A DNA stretch of 64,000 nt from NCBI GenBank assembly GCA_043228905.1, contig JBHGNT010000015.1, positions 17,856,001-17,920,000 on the forward strand, given 5' to 3'. Positions 1 to 10,852 of the stretch are shown piece by piece. How positions within the stretch are numbered: the first letter of the stretch is position 1; each line of letters opens with the position of its first letter. The translations under genes were made by a program, and so were the position numbers. The DNA is from Azolla caroliniana (Eukaryota > Plantae > Polypodiophyta). The notes under the pieces are model-generated. The model did not search any database, was not told the origin of the DNA, and was given only the letters and a program-made list of their open reading frames with translations.

Positions 1-178
1 CACCCAACCCCCATGGCGTCTCCCTTGGTTCGCACACACAACCTTCCACGAATGGCTCGCCCTCCACCCCCCCGAGCTGCGCACCAACCCCACCTTTTTT
101 CCCCTTCCTCGTCGTTGGCCATGGCCCGATTTTCACGCCGCCCAGGCACGCCTACCCACCCTTCAATTCAACTGGTCG

Positions 179-748
179 TTGTTCCCCCGACCCCCGCGCA
201 CATCCCCGACCAAACCCGACATGATCCGGGTCATGCAACGATTCCTACGTACATACCTTGACGTCCCGGACCCCGACATTCAAGCCAGCCTTCATTTTCT
301 ACAACTTCAACTCATTCTCCTTGACTCTGGCCCGTACGAAGCCCCCCCCTTCCAACGGCACAACCACCCAGCGTGGGGCCTCGCCTTCGATTTGAACAAA
401 GGTCCAACTCGCCACCAACTGGTCGGCCTCTGGACCCACGTCAACATACTCCCCGCAACCTACAAACGGGATTTTGAAACCATGATCGACACGCATTTTT
501 TCCCCGCTTACATAAGCTTTAGTCGAAACCCCCCTTCTCCCTTCGCTGACCACAACACCTGCACCTGGCTCACCGGCCCCAAGAAAGATTTCTTCACAAC
601 AACCGACCAACTGCAGGAAATTCGGCTACCACCACAGAACATCCGCCGTCTTCGCCATCATCTCCGCCGCCACCCGCCCCCCGACGAACCCCCCTATTCA
701 ATTCTCCTCGCCCCCGACGCCCGAAGCTCCCCTCCCACAGTGCACTAG
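179..748 (+). CDS. Unknown ORF in the 3' internal region of an LTR retrotransposon
   Basis: 189-aa open frame ending about 20 bp before the PPT (GTTGGGGGAGA, 768-777) and LTR; no RT, RH or IN motifs. Confidence 0.45.
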   Translation: MFPRPPRTSPTKPDMIRVMQRFLRTYLDVPDPDIQASLHFLQLQLILLDSGPYEAPPFQRHNHPAWGLAFDLNKGPTRHQLVGLWTHVNILPATYKRDFETMIDTHFFPAYISFSRNPPSPFADHNTCTWLTGPKKDFFTTTDQLQEIRLPPQNIRRLRHHLRRHPPPDEPPYSILLAPDARSSPPTVH

Positions 749-777
749 GGAGTGTGCACTCATTAAGTTGGGGGAGA

Positions 778-1345
778 TGTTAAGCATTGGGATAACAACA
801 CAACCAGTCACGAATAAGAATGCATCAAGAAGGACGTAGTACGAAGAGGAAACCGCAAGAGGAAAGGAAAGCAAAGAGATGGCCAAATGTGAAAGGCCCA
901 TACCTTAAACGTGAAAGTTATACAAACCACATAGTAGTGACTTTGTGGGGGTTCTCCCATTTGTAAAGATCTCCTATTGATTAGAGCTAGAGCTTCCTCT
1001 CCTCTTTCTTGTAACCTTTGAGCTTAAGAGAGATTAGTGAAGTGTTGAGTTAGAGAACACTAATCTCTCTCCTTGTTGGTGCTAGACCTCTTAACAAAGA
1101 GGGTTAATAATAGACATACTCTTGCTTCTTATTGTCTATACCTATTGATCTATTGTCTACGAGAGAGAGCTTGAGAGAGTGAGAGAGATATCGTGCTTAA
1201 TCATTTACTAATCGTTGAGTGAGTGTGAGACTCGGAGGTATCCAACAACCATCTCCGCCCGATTTGCCATCAAGAGGGTATACGTCGGTCTGAATCCTGC
1301 CAAGACATCAAGGAGCTTACTCCATCGATACATAGATCCTTAACA
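778..1345 (+). mobile_element. 3' LTR of an LTR retrotransposon whose body extends off the left edge, inserted into copia A
   Basis: TGTTAAG...CTTAACA perfect 7-bp terminal inverted repeat, PPT directly upstream; copia RT (RQIVGSL, minus) resumes at 1346. Confidence 0.8.
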
Positions 1346-3268
1346 GGCTCCCAACAATTTGTCGGAACCATTTCTCATTGCAAGCCGGTCCGGAGTCGGG
1401 ACGGAGCTTTTGGTTCCGGTTCAGGGGTGTGGAGATCGGTCGGCATTCCATCATGCCGAACTTGTACAACATATTCAACACATAGTGTCTTTGTGAGAGC
1501 AATATGTTGTTGGGGGTTCGGATCACCTCGATCCCAAGGAAATAATGAAGGTCCCCCAGGTCCTTCATCTCAAATGCGCCCGACAGGTGAGACTTGACTC
1601 GGTTGATTTCATTGAGTCAGGGTTCGGTGATGCCTAAATCATCAACATACAGCAAGATGCAAACCAGATTGCCCGTACCTTGCCGGATGAACAACGAAGA
1701 GTCGGACTTGGAGGCCGCAAACCCCATCTTACGCAACCGGTGTGTGATCTTCACATACCAAGCTCGGGGGGATTGCTTCAGGTCATAAAGTGACTTCTTC
1801 AACTAGCATACCACCGACTTGTTCATCTCCGACTGGAAACCGGGGGTTGAGTCATAAAGACCTCTTCTTCCAGATTGCCTTGAAGAAATGCATTCTTCAC
1901 GTCCATCTGGTAAAGATGACACCCCCTTGCTGCAGCAACCGCCAGCACCACACGAACTGTCGTCATCTTCGCAACCGGAGCGAAGGTCTCGTCGTAGTCC
2001 ATTCCGTGGGTCTGTGTGTATCCCTTCGCCACTAACTGGGCCTTGTACCGGTTAACCGAACCGTCGGCATTGTACTTAACCTTGTACACCCATTTGCAAC
2101 CGATCGGTTTATAGTGTCAGGGAGGGTGAACGAGGTCCCATGTGTCGTTGGCATCGCATGCCCGTATTTCTTCTTCCATAGCGGCACAACAATTTGCGCC
2201 CTTTGCCACTTCTGCATAGCTCTCCGGCTCACACACTTCCGCCACTTTGTTCATGTATGCATAGTGATGCACCATGTACTCATTGTACCCATACCGCGTA
2301 ACAGGGTTCTTCTGGCGGGAAGACCGGCGTAACTTATCATCACCCAGTTGGGGGCCCTTCTTGGCGGAAGCACCTTGTGTCTGATCCGGTTCTGGAAGTA
2401 GACGGTCGTCTGGACTGCCTCAGTCCAGTAGAATTGGGGCATGCTCTTTTCCTCCAGCATTGCCCTTGCCACATCGACAATCGACTAGTTCTTCCTTTCG
2501 GCCACACCATTTTGTTCTAGGGTGTATCTGCAACTAAATTCTCTCTTAATTCCGTTCTGCTGCAGATAATTATTGAATTGGCCAGAAAAGTATTCTTCCT
2601 CTCCGTTTCCCGTTCAACTAAGCTTTGAAGGTTTCGGAAACATTCGAAGACTTCGCTCTTCCTCTCAATGAGGTAGATCCATGTGTGCCAGTTGTAGTCG
2701 TCGATGAAGGAGACGAAATACCGACCCCCGCCAAGGCTAACGTTCTGTGTCGGTCCCCATACATCCGAATAGATTAGGTCGAGCTTGTTATGGCTCCGGT
2801 CTCGTTCGGTGGGGAATGGAAGCCGGTGTTGCTTCCCAAGTTGGCAGGCTTCACAAATTTTGGCCTTCTAGCCACTCAATTTCGACAAACCAAAAACAAC
2901 TTGTTTCGATTGCAGGTCCTAAAGCCTCCGGTAGTTGACGTGGCCGATCCGCTTGTGCCACGGTTCGATGTCTGACTCGACCTTCTGCCCTTTCGCAAAC
3001 ATAGCAGTGCCGACGTCATTAGTGTTGAGGATGAACATCCTCCCTTCTCGGCGCCCTTGCGCGATTATCCGGCCTTCTTCTTCGATGAAGCACCTAAGGT
3101 GCGTAAATTGTCCAACCGACACCAGGTTCTTTGTGATAGTCGAAACGTGTAGTACGTTCATCAACTTCCCCTTTTGTCCGACATGGCTTAAAGGGACTTC
3201 TCCGACAAGCACAATCGGGTGAGGGGTGTCGTCTACGGTTTCGACAATCCCTGGTTGTTCCAGTTTCT

Positions 3269-6080
3269 TGTTGTCCACCGGAATAGTAACCGACGGACAG
3301 AAGCACAAAATTATTAGAATACAGTAAAAGCGTAAGAAACGCATGTAACGATCCACGCGGGAATCGTGAACAGCTAAAAGACCCTGTGTATATAAAGGGC
3401 AGAAATCCTCTGTAAGAGGTAGGGTGTAATTTTGGGACACAGAGCGCTTTCGTAATAGAATACTATCTTCTTTGAGTTTTGTGCGTATCTGTGGTTTTTA
3501 TCAACTGTGTTTTTTGTTCTCTGTTGCGTACTGCTAATCGTAAGGGTGTAGGCGTAAGTGCGGATACTAGTGCACTTCCCAGGGAGTTCGGTTGTAGCCG
3601 TTTCCCTTATACGCTATTAGGATACGAGGGAGTATCCCATTACGTATTACAGTGCGACGGTACCATTCCTTGCAATATAGTCACCTTGAAGTCTACGTCA
3701 AAGGACTGACCGTAGACGGTGTTCCTAATCGGTAACACGTTTGGCACACTTGGTGATCTGTGTCTTCTCGCAGACGAACAGCGACGAATGGATATTTAGC
3801 CGTAGACATCCCAGAGAACCAACACGACAAGACCGACCAATCACAAGGTCCATCACACACCAGGCAAATGAACGCACAAGGAAAAAACCTCGCCTCAGTG
3901 ACCTCATTGATATCTGTCGGGACCACAAAATCAACTTCCTGCTCACCAAATACCCCAACGAGACGCACGAAGTTCCGTCACCACACAAGTATTGTGGTCT
4001 TTCCCTGCCCGTCGTAGCGTCCAGCATGGCCTTCTCCTATCCCCGCTTCAATGGAAAAACAGACACCGCAACCCACATTCGCCTATTCCTGAATGTCTGG
4101 AATGTGAATCACATGGCACAGAGACTTCCAGAAGAGGTAGCGCACCAATCCAAAATGACAGAGTTTGGATTAACTCTGGATGGTAGAGCTGCATTTTGGC
4201 ATTCGCAGATGGATCTGCCAACAATCACGACCTTCGACCAGCTGTAGTCGGCCTTTCTGTGTTTCTTCCATCGGAGGGTGCCGCAACGCGAAACTCTCGG
4301 GTAGTTCTATACAATCAAACAGTTGCCAGCCGAGACTGTCGCGGACTTCTGTTTACGCTTCCAAAATCTGCGACAGAAATTAGAACGGGGACCGACAGAG
4401 GACGAGGCTCGGGAGACATTTCTAACAGCCTTACGGCAACCTATACAGACGACGCTCAACCACAATAGCATGAAAGGAGAAACAACCGATATGGCCATAG
4501 AGCGGGCGTTACAGCTCGAGCTGGACAAAGAAGAGGAACGGTTTTCCATGTCCTCATTATGACAAGCGTTACCTCAGGACGAGGAACGACATTTTCGTCA
4601 GGCAATCCAATGCACAATTTGCCTCAATTCCGGGCATTCCGTAGTGGAATGCAACATGCGAAACCACTGCCCACACACTGTCGAGCAGTGTGAATACAAT
4701 ATGCTAAATAGACCTACGCCCACAGTACAAAGCATAGAAACACAGCGACCACCTCGCCGAAATGATCAAAGGCACCAAGAAGAGCGACCCTGGTATATGG
4801 ATCGGAATCCACGCGACGACCGGCACTACCGGAATCGACGGAATAACAACGATTCCGAGGAAGAAGAGTTGGAGGACGAAGACTATCGGGGCAACTACAG
4901 ATACAATAAAGGAGGACGACGTTACGAAAACTACCGACCAGCGAACAAACGTGGTGGCTTCAATGGGCCTCACGGGAAACATCGACAGTATAGGGACCAA
5001 CGGCGTTACGACGAAAGTTCGGAAGATGAACGGCACCAGGAGCCGCATCGGGACCAACAACAACCATCGCGGAATTTCAGAAGAATAAACCAAGACCAGG
5101 AGGAGCAAGTCACACCTAGGGAGAGGAACACGCCACCAGCTACCGAGAAAGGCGAATCCAACGTCTATTGTTTCGTTTGCCAACAGCCCGGACTCCGCCA
5201 ATCCTCCGACAGAGAAAAGGACATCCAGGCCAAAGGCCGAAAGGTAGAGAAGAACCTCGAAGAGAAACTCGAAGTGGAGGCAGCAGCACACACCCGCACG
5301 AATGAAGAAAACACCAAACTACGGGAGGAAGCGCAAAAATCGAAAACGGAGATCATAAGACTCTGCGCGTTATTGGAAAAGAAGAAAGCGTGGTTCAATG
5401 AGCAGCTTGTACTGGAACAGGAGGTTCAGGTCGAAATCCGCCTGAACAATGAAATGGGAAAACTGGAGGAATTACACTCGAAGGAATCTCAGTTATGGGC
5501 AGGAATGAAGAGCAATTATGAGGATGCGGCGCAGTCAGTAAGCAAGAAATCGAAAACCTCAAGAAAACCTTGGAAGAAGCGCGTAACCGCAACCAAGTAA
5601 AAACCGACAACGTGCGCATACTTCTTCAAACAAATCGGGAGAGGTTTACGGTGCAATTACAAGCGGCGCTAGACAAAGGTTGGATGGTGTGGGCTGCACA
5701 AGCGGCGGAGTTGCATACTTACCGAATGGACTAGGAGAACCGAAGGAAAGATGGCCGAGGTTTCTACAAACTCAATGAGGAAAGCTTTGTGGCAGTAGCG
5801 AGGACCTAGCGCAGAATTATCGCACGCTAGCGAACCAGCACTCCGAGGAACTCACGTAGCTACTAGACGATTTTGGCGAAAGTCAGGAGGACATGTTTCA
5901 CCAAATCATGCAAGCCGGCAACACGCGACCAAACGAGGAACCCATCGCAATACCAGTAAATGATACTGCCGAACAAGAGGAACCTCAGCCCACGTCACCG
6001 GAAATAACAACTACAGCAGGCAGCACGGAACAACGCGCGGAGCCCCTCGCAATACCGGAGAGTGAGACCTCCGAACAGAA
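3269..6080 (+). mobile_element. Truncated Ty3/gypsy-type element (LTR, gag pseudogene, coiled-coil extra ORF) nested in copia A
   Basis: Begins TGTTG exactly where copia homology breaks; probable LTR to GGTAACA at about 3737; retrotransposon gag-like frame (YPRFNG, LDGRAAFW, ETVADFCLRF) with stops, Zn knuckle CTICLNSGHSVVEC; no pol or 3' LTR. Confidence 0.7.
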
Positions 6081-6877
6081 GTGTCGGCCTTTCCTTGCCA
6101 GTTCTGCTCCTGCCGGCCACCTCCAATGCGTGCCGACCCACCTCATCCTCCACACCCACGGGGCCGATTCGCCTCCATATACAGCATCCGGTTGTTGATG
6201 GTCCTCGACCCACTCACGTGGTTTTCTTCGACCATCAACATGGATTGTAAGTCGAAGAAAGACGGTGGCTTCTCCCGCATGCAGATTGTTGTTCGGGTTG
6301 GTACGTACCTTTGCACTAGACCACCGAGGCAGATTTGTACCATCTCGTCTTCGTCCACCGTCACGTTGATGAACCCGAGCGCATCACAAATCTCCTTTAT
6401 CTTGGTGGTGTACTCCACAACCGACATGTCTCTTTGGCGGATGTTGTTTAGCTCTTGCCGGAGCTATAATTTACGGGTTGTGGTACTCGCGGAAAAAATA
6501 TTCCGTAGATTTTCCCATGCCTCCTTAGGTGTAATTGCATCCTTGATGTAGCTGAGCATCTGATTGTGCACACCGGACGCGAGACAGTACAGTACTTGGC
6601 TCGCTCCTTACTCCCATGCCAGGAAGTCTTTGTGTGTCGGCTCCGGTGCTACCTCGTTGGTTCCTTCCACGTAGCTCCAATAACCATGCCCCAGCAAGTG
6701 CCGGTGCATTTTATATGACCAAGACGCATAGTTGCTCCGGTCGAGTTTCTCTGTTGGAAGTGAACTCGCCATACCTCTGTCCATACCTTTCTCTGTCTGT
6801 TGTTACCAGTTATTAGGGTTTGTCTTCGAAAGCATGTGTCGGCCGCAGAGGTTCTCAACCCTCTCGTTCTGATACCA

Positions 6878-7343
6878 TGTCAAAGTAATCGTGCGGGAGC
6901 GTTTAACAAACCGGCTCTGCCGGATAGCAACAGAAAATGAGATGAAGCTTTAATGGAGAAGCTTAATACACAGAGAGTATACGCGGGAGAGACAGAGAGA
7001 GCAGAATGTAAATGTAGATTCAAAAAATAAAAACACTCTGTACATACAACGTGCTAAACAACACTATTTATACAAGTCCTCTGAAGGACTGACAGAAATA
7101 CTATGTACTTCAATGCTCATACGAGCAACTGACACTAACTACGAGACAATGATTACCTAGTAGTCTAGGCTACTACTAGGCTTCTGGTTCACACTCGAAT
7201 CCGGCTCCCCGATCCGGCCGGTTGTTTCCGGATACCAATCCAGCTCGTCCTTCCTGATGCCGATCCAGCTCTCTGTTCCGGATACCGATCCAGCTCTGGC
7301 TTATTCAACCGGTCCGGATCTGGTTGAGCTTGCTCACTCAACA
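6878..7343 (-). repeat. 5' LTR of copia A
   Basis: Starts TGTTGAGTGAGCAAGCTCAACC on the minus strand, ends CA adjacent to the tRNA-iMet PBS. Confidence 0.85.
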
Positions 7344-7930
7344 ACCAAGTCTCGATTTTCCATGTCTTTATACTCTTCACAATCACGTAATCAATGTTCG
7401 AGACTATTGCACCACATGCATCGAGGTTGAAATGGTTCCCTTGACCTCGAAGTCTGACCATTCTCAAGCTTTACCACTTTAATTGTTAAATCTTTTATAC
7501 TTTGAACTAAATCATCAAGCAAAGTCTCACTCTTAGTTTTGGTCACCTCTCGTTGTTGATGCACCATTTCATGAGATGGTTCTCGACCAAGTCTTTGAAC
7601 TTCGATGTTTTGCTTGAGCCGATTCGTGATTCCCACATGTGGTATTTGTAACATTGCTGCCATTGCACCATTCCTTTGCATTCTTTTCATAAATTTATTA
7701 CAAGCATTTGTTACCTCATTCCAATCTGTAGTTATACCATCCTCGGTATTTGGTACCTCAAGCATAAATTCCAATTCTTTTCTATATCTCTTGTCAATTG
7801 CCTGCAAAAATAAAGCAACCATTTGCCAAGACAAAGAATTTCTTTCTTCTGGCTTTAAGTGTCCATGCAATCTATCAAACTATTTTTTCGTGTCAGCCAC
7901 AGATAATCTGTTATCTTCTTTTAGGGCCCA
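7344..7930 (-). pseudogene. Retrotransposon gag remnant, target of copia A
   Basis: ORF 7391-7870 ends in CMWCNSLEH*LRDC, a CX2CX4HX4C knuckle with a stop. Confidence 0.6.
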
Positions 7931-7969
7931 TTCATTGAATGAAAACATAGTAACGCATGGTTTAGACTA

Positions 7970-8404
7970 TACAATGCTACTTCAAATAAAACAACGCATT
8001 TTCTTTTACACATATAATGAGTATTGGCTAAATGGTAGGCTTTGAGGTTCATAATGTGGAGGTTGTTGGTTCAAGTCTTCTCTCGCTTATGTAATACAAT
8101 ATATGGTGCACAATTCAAGTTAGTGAGCTGAGTGAGAGGAGAATATTGCTTTCATTACCAGAATGGCTTTCTACTCCTGCATGCAGCACCCATGTTGGTT
8201 GGGCTGGCAAATGCTCACCACCCGTGCATGCCCGCTATGAGTTGCAAGTACCTACCTCCATAATTTCCATACAATATTACTTCAAATAAAACAAGACATG
8301 TAGTTTTATATGTACTACAAGTATAGGGTAAATAGTAAGGTTTTAAAGTTATAAGGTGGGGTTTATTGGTTCAAGTCCTCTATTGTCCATGATATAATAT
8401 ATAT
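7970..8404 (+). repeat. Two diverged ~135-bp tRNA-like units, 300 bp apart
   Basis: TTCAAATAAAACAA at 7981 and 8281; A-box-like TGGCTAAATGG 8025-8035; B-box-like GGTTCAAGTC at 8068 and 8368. Confidence 0.5.
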
Positions 8405-8514
8405 CTTTTTTATTTGCCTCTCCATATAATGTATAATATTATCATAGCGTGTTTTTAATATTACCTTTATAAAACATTATCAAGATATATTTTATTTTAG
8501 TTAGGTATTTATCT

Positions 8515-9383
8515 TATTGTAGACTTTTAATGTGAAGCTTTCGTACTTCACGACAACGTCCAGTCCTCCCGTCCATCGGTGGTCAGTGGATGTGTGTGAT
8601 AGGGAGATTAAAAACATAACCCTTACGGACTAGCTTCCTTTGAATTATCTCCCTTCTAATATAAATTTTCTCTAAATACAATACACCAGATGCTAATTCT
8701 GCCCCTGGTGTTGTTCGACCTGCCTCATCATCCGTAGATCTTGAGGATGATGACTCTGACATCTTTGTTACTTTTTTCTTCGGTGGCCTCGAGTGTGTGG
8801 ACCCTTTCTTGGGTGTTGCCTTCACAGGGGAGGGGGAAGGCTCTCTCAATGTGACATGACCTTGAATATATGGTTGCAAAGTCACGATCAACTTTCTCGT
8901 TTATTCAATTGATATCTTAAAGGCTTCATGTCCACAAGCTTCTTTAACCAACCTTTCCTCCGAGACAAACATTTTATGTACGCCCTTAGATGATTCCATT
9001 AATAAAATGAGGTTTTGCGAATCAGGGTCTTCATAATCCAATCGCAATATGCGACCATAGAAAAAAGGTCGTTCTTTGGCGAGTTGTCCATCACCCTTAG
9101 CCCGAGCAGTAATAAGTATAACTTTTTTACTCGAGTCAACGTACTGCATCACCCACTCATAATGTGTGAAGTCCTTATCATGGAAATTTTCACCCCCCAC
9201 TACTACCACCACTTTCTTCTGGCTCACTTCATCGGAAGGTTGTCGAACCACATCGTTCTCGAACATCAACTTTTTTCCTTTGCCCTAATATGTAACAATG
9301 GGTAGCTTTCTAGCATCCTTTGGGGAACTTTGATATTTAATTCTAATCTTTTTAATTTGACGTTCCTCTTAAAGTCTCTTGAC
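8515..9383 (-). pseudogene. Decayed ORF of unknown function, probably cargo of the CACTA-like element
   Basis: ORFs 8901-9269 and 8583-8891 are in the same frame separated by one stop; the frame extends on both sides through isolated stops; candidate acceptor TAG at about 9384. Confidence 0.55.
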
Positions 9384-9600
9384 CTAGTGTAAATGATAAA
9401 AAGTGAACCAATTAGTATCAATTTCACAATAGAGATTGATTGTTAACCATGAAAGGAGAAAGTTATGTGGATAGAGATTTATTAGAGAACAAAAAGTGTT
9501 GAATTTAGGGTGTAAGATATGCAAAATTGTGAACAATTTCTCCTCAAATTGTTGTCAGATATTGGTATATTTTATCAAGTCTAGGTTAGAAATCGTTAAA

Positions 9601-9825
9601 TTGTATCGACTTTTTTCCTAAATCAGGGGAATTCGATACAATGTATTGAGTTGGCACACAAACTCGATACATTGTATCGAGTTTGGGCAGAAAATGCTCT
9701 ATCTCAATACGATGTATCGAGTTGGTGTCCCAGCTCAATACATTGTGTTGAGTTTGTGTATCAACTCGATACAATGTAACGAGTTGTTGCACAGACTCGA
9801 TACAATGTATCAAGTTTGGGTAGTG
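9601..9825 (-). mobile_element. CACTA-like transposon terminus with subterminal palindromic repeats
   Basis: Minus strand begins CACTACCCAAAC (TAGTG 9821-9825), then six copies of the palindrome AACTCGATACA-W-TGTATCGAGTT. Confidence 0.6.
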
Positions 9826-10852
9826 TTAGGTGAGTATACAATGATGAAATGTGTGAGAAAAATAGAAAAACTAAAAATTGTCCATACAACTCAAGATGTT
9901 AACCTGGATTCTATCCACTAGGTCTTCCTCGATCACATGGTGGTTGATTGGGATGGGTGTGGTGTTGGGAAATCGGTCTCTCCGAATGGGATCCGGTGAT
10001 GAATAAAGAGGACCCGGTGAGAACCGGAAGAGATCCGGAAACCGGAGGAGACCTGGTGAGAGTCGGAAGAGAAGACATATCTGTAAATATGTTTTTTGAG
10101 TAAGCCTATTGAGGCTATATTTGTAAATAGCCCTAAGCTCATATAAGTATAAATATGACCTAGGGCAATCACTTTGTAAGGTAATTGTCATATTGTTGTA
10201 TGTGCTAACTACTGTACAGAGAGCGACAGAGAGAGTGAGAGTAGCTACGAGCACTCTCTATTGTAACCGTCGTTTGGCGAAGATCGCGAGCACGAGGTCG
10301 TTGCCTCTGTGCCTCCACTTTGTATTTCCTCTCATATAGTGATAGTTGGAGTCCGTGGGCTCCCGTGGTTTTCCCTATTAGGGTTTTCCATGCAAACATC
10401 CTGTGTCATTTCTGTGTACTCTCTCGTTCATTCCCATTTCTGTGATTCAAGACTCGGTTGAGGTCGAGCGATATTCCGCGCTATTCTCATCATGTGGTAC
10501 ACGTGCTTGAAGTGCTCTAACTGTTGTAGGTAAGAATGACTTAGGTGCTCTAGTGCTCAAGTGCTCTCAAGTGCTCTCTTGTACTCTCGTAGAGAGAAAA
10601 TGAAAATGTCCCCTATTTATAGGGAAGGAGGTAAGTCGGGTTAGTTAGTGGTAACCATAGTGAGTCATAGAAATAATACAAAAAGTTTGTAGAAACTAGG
10701 TAGAATTTACAAATTTATAATGCTCCCTTCAGAGACAAATTCACAACACATATTAGATGCTACAAAGGTTTATTTATGTGAAAAAAATATTTACATATGA
10801 ATTTCCACCTATTTGACCTTATTACTAGGCCCATACTATAGCATCCCTAACA
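9824..10852 (-). repeat. Old LTR hosting a nested solo LTR
   Basis: TGTTAGG...CCTAACA inverted ends, minus-strand TATA (CTATTTATAGG at about 10613); no TSD seen. Confidence 0.5.
9963..10492 (+). mobile_element. Solo LTR with 5-bp TSD
   Basis: TG...CA ends flanked by TGTGG at 9958-9962 and 10493-10497; TATA box and GTGGTTTTCCC...GGGTTTTCCA U5-like motif. Confidence 0.8.

Larger units (their letters stand above)
1346..7343 (-). mobile_element. Ty1/copia element A, degenerate and interrupted
   Basis: RT fragments ([37 protein letters not shown]), integrase, GAG-pre-IN, gag ATG at 6784, PBS TGGTATCAGAAC 6866-6877, 5' LTR 6878-7343; homologous to the 58263 element. Confidence 0.9.

Noticed and set aside
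8020-8090. Functional tRNA-Met gene
   Set aside because: Acceptor and anticodon stems do not pair
9630-9816. CRISPR array
   Set aside because: Linkers are only 8-17 bp, repeats are degenerate, there are no cas genes and the context is eukaryotic; better explained as transposon subterminal repeats
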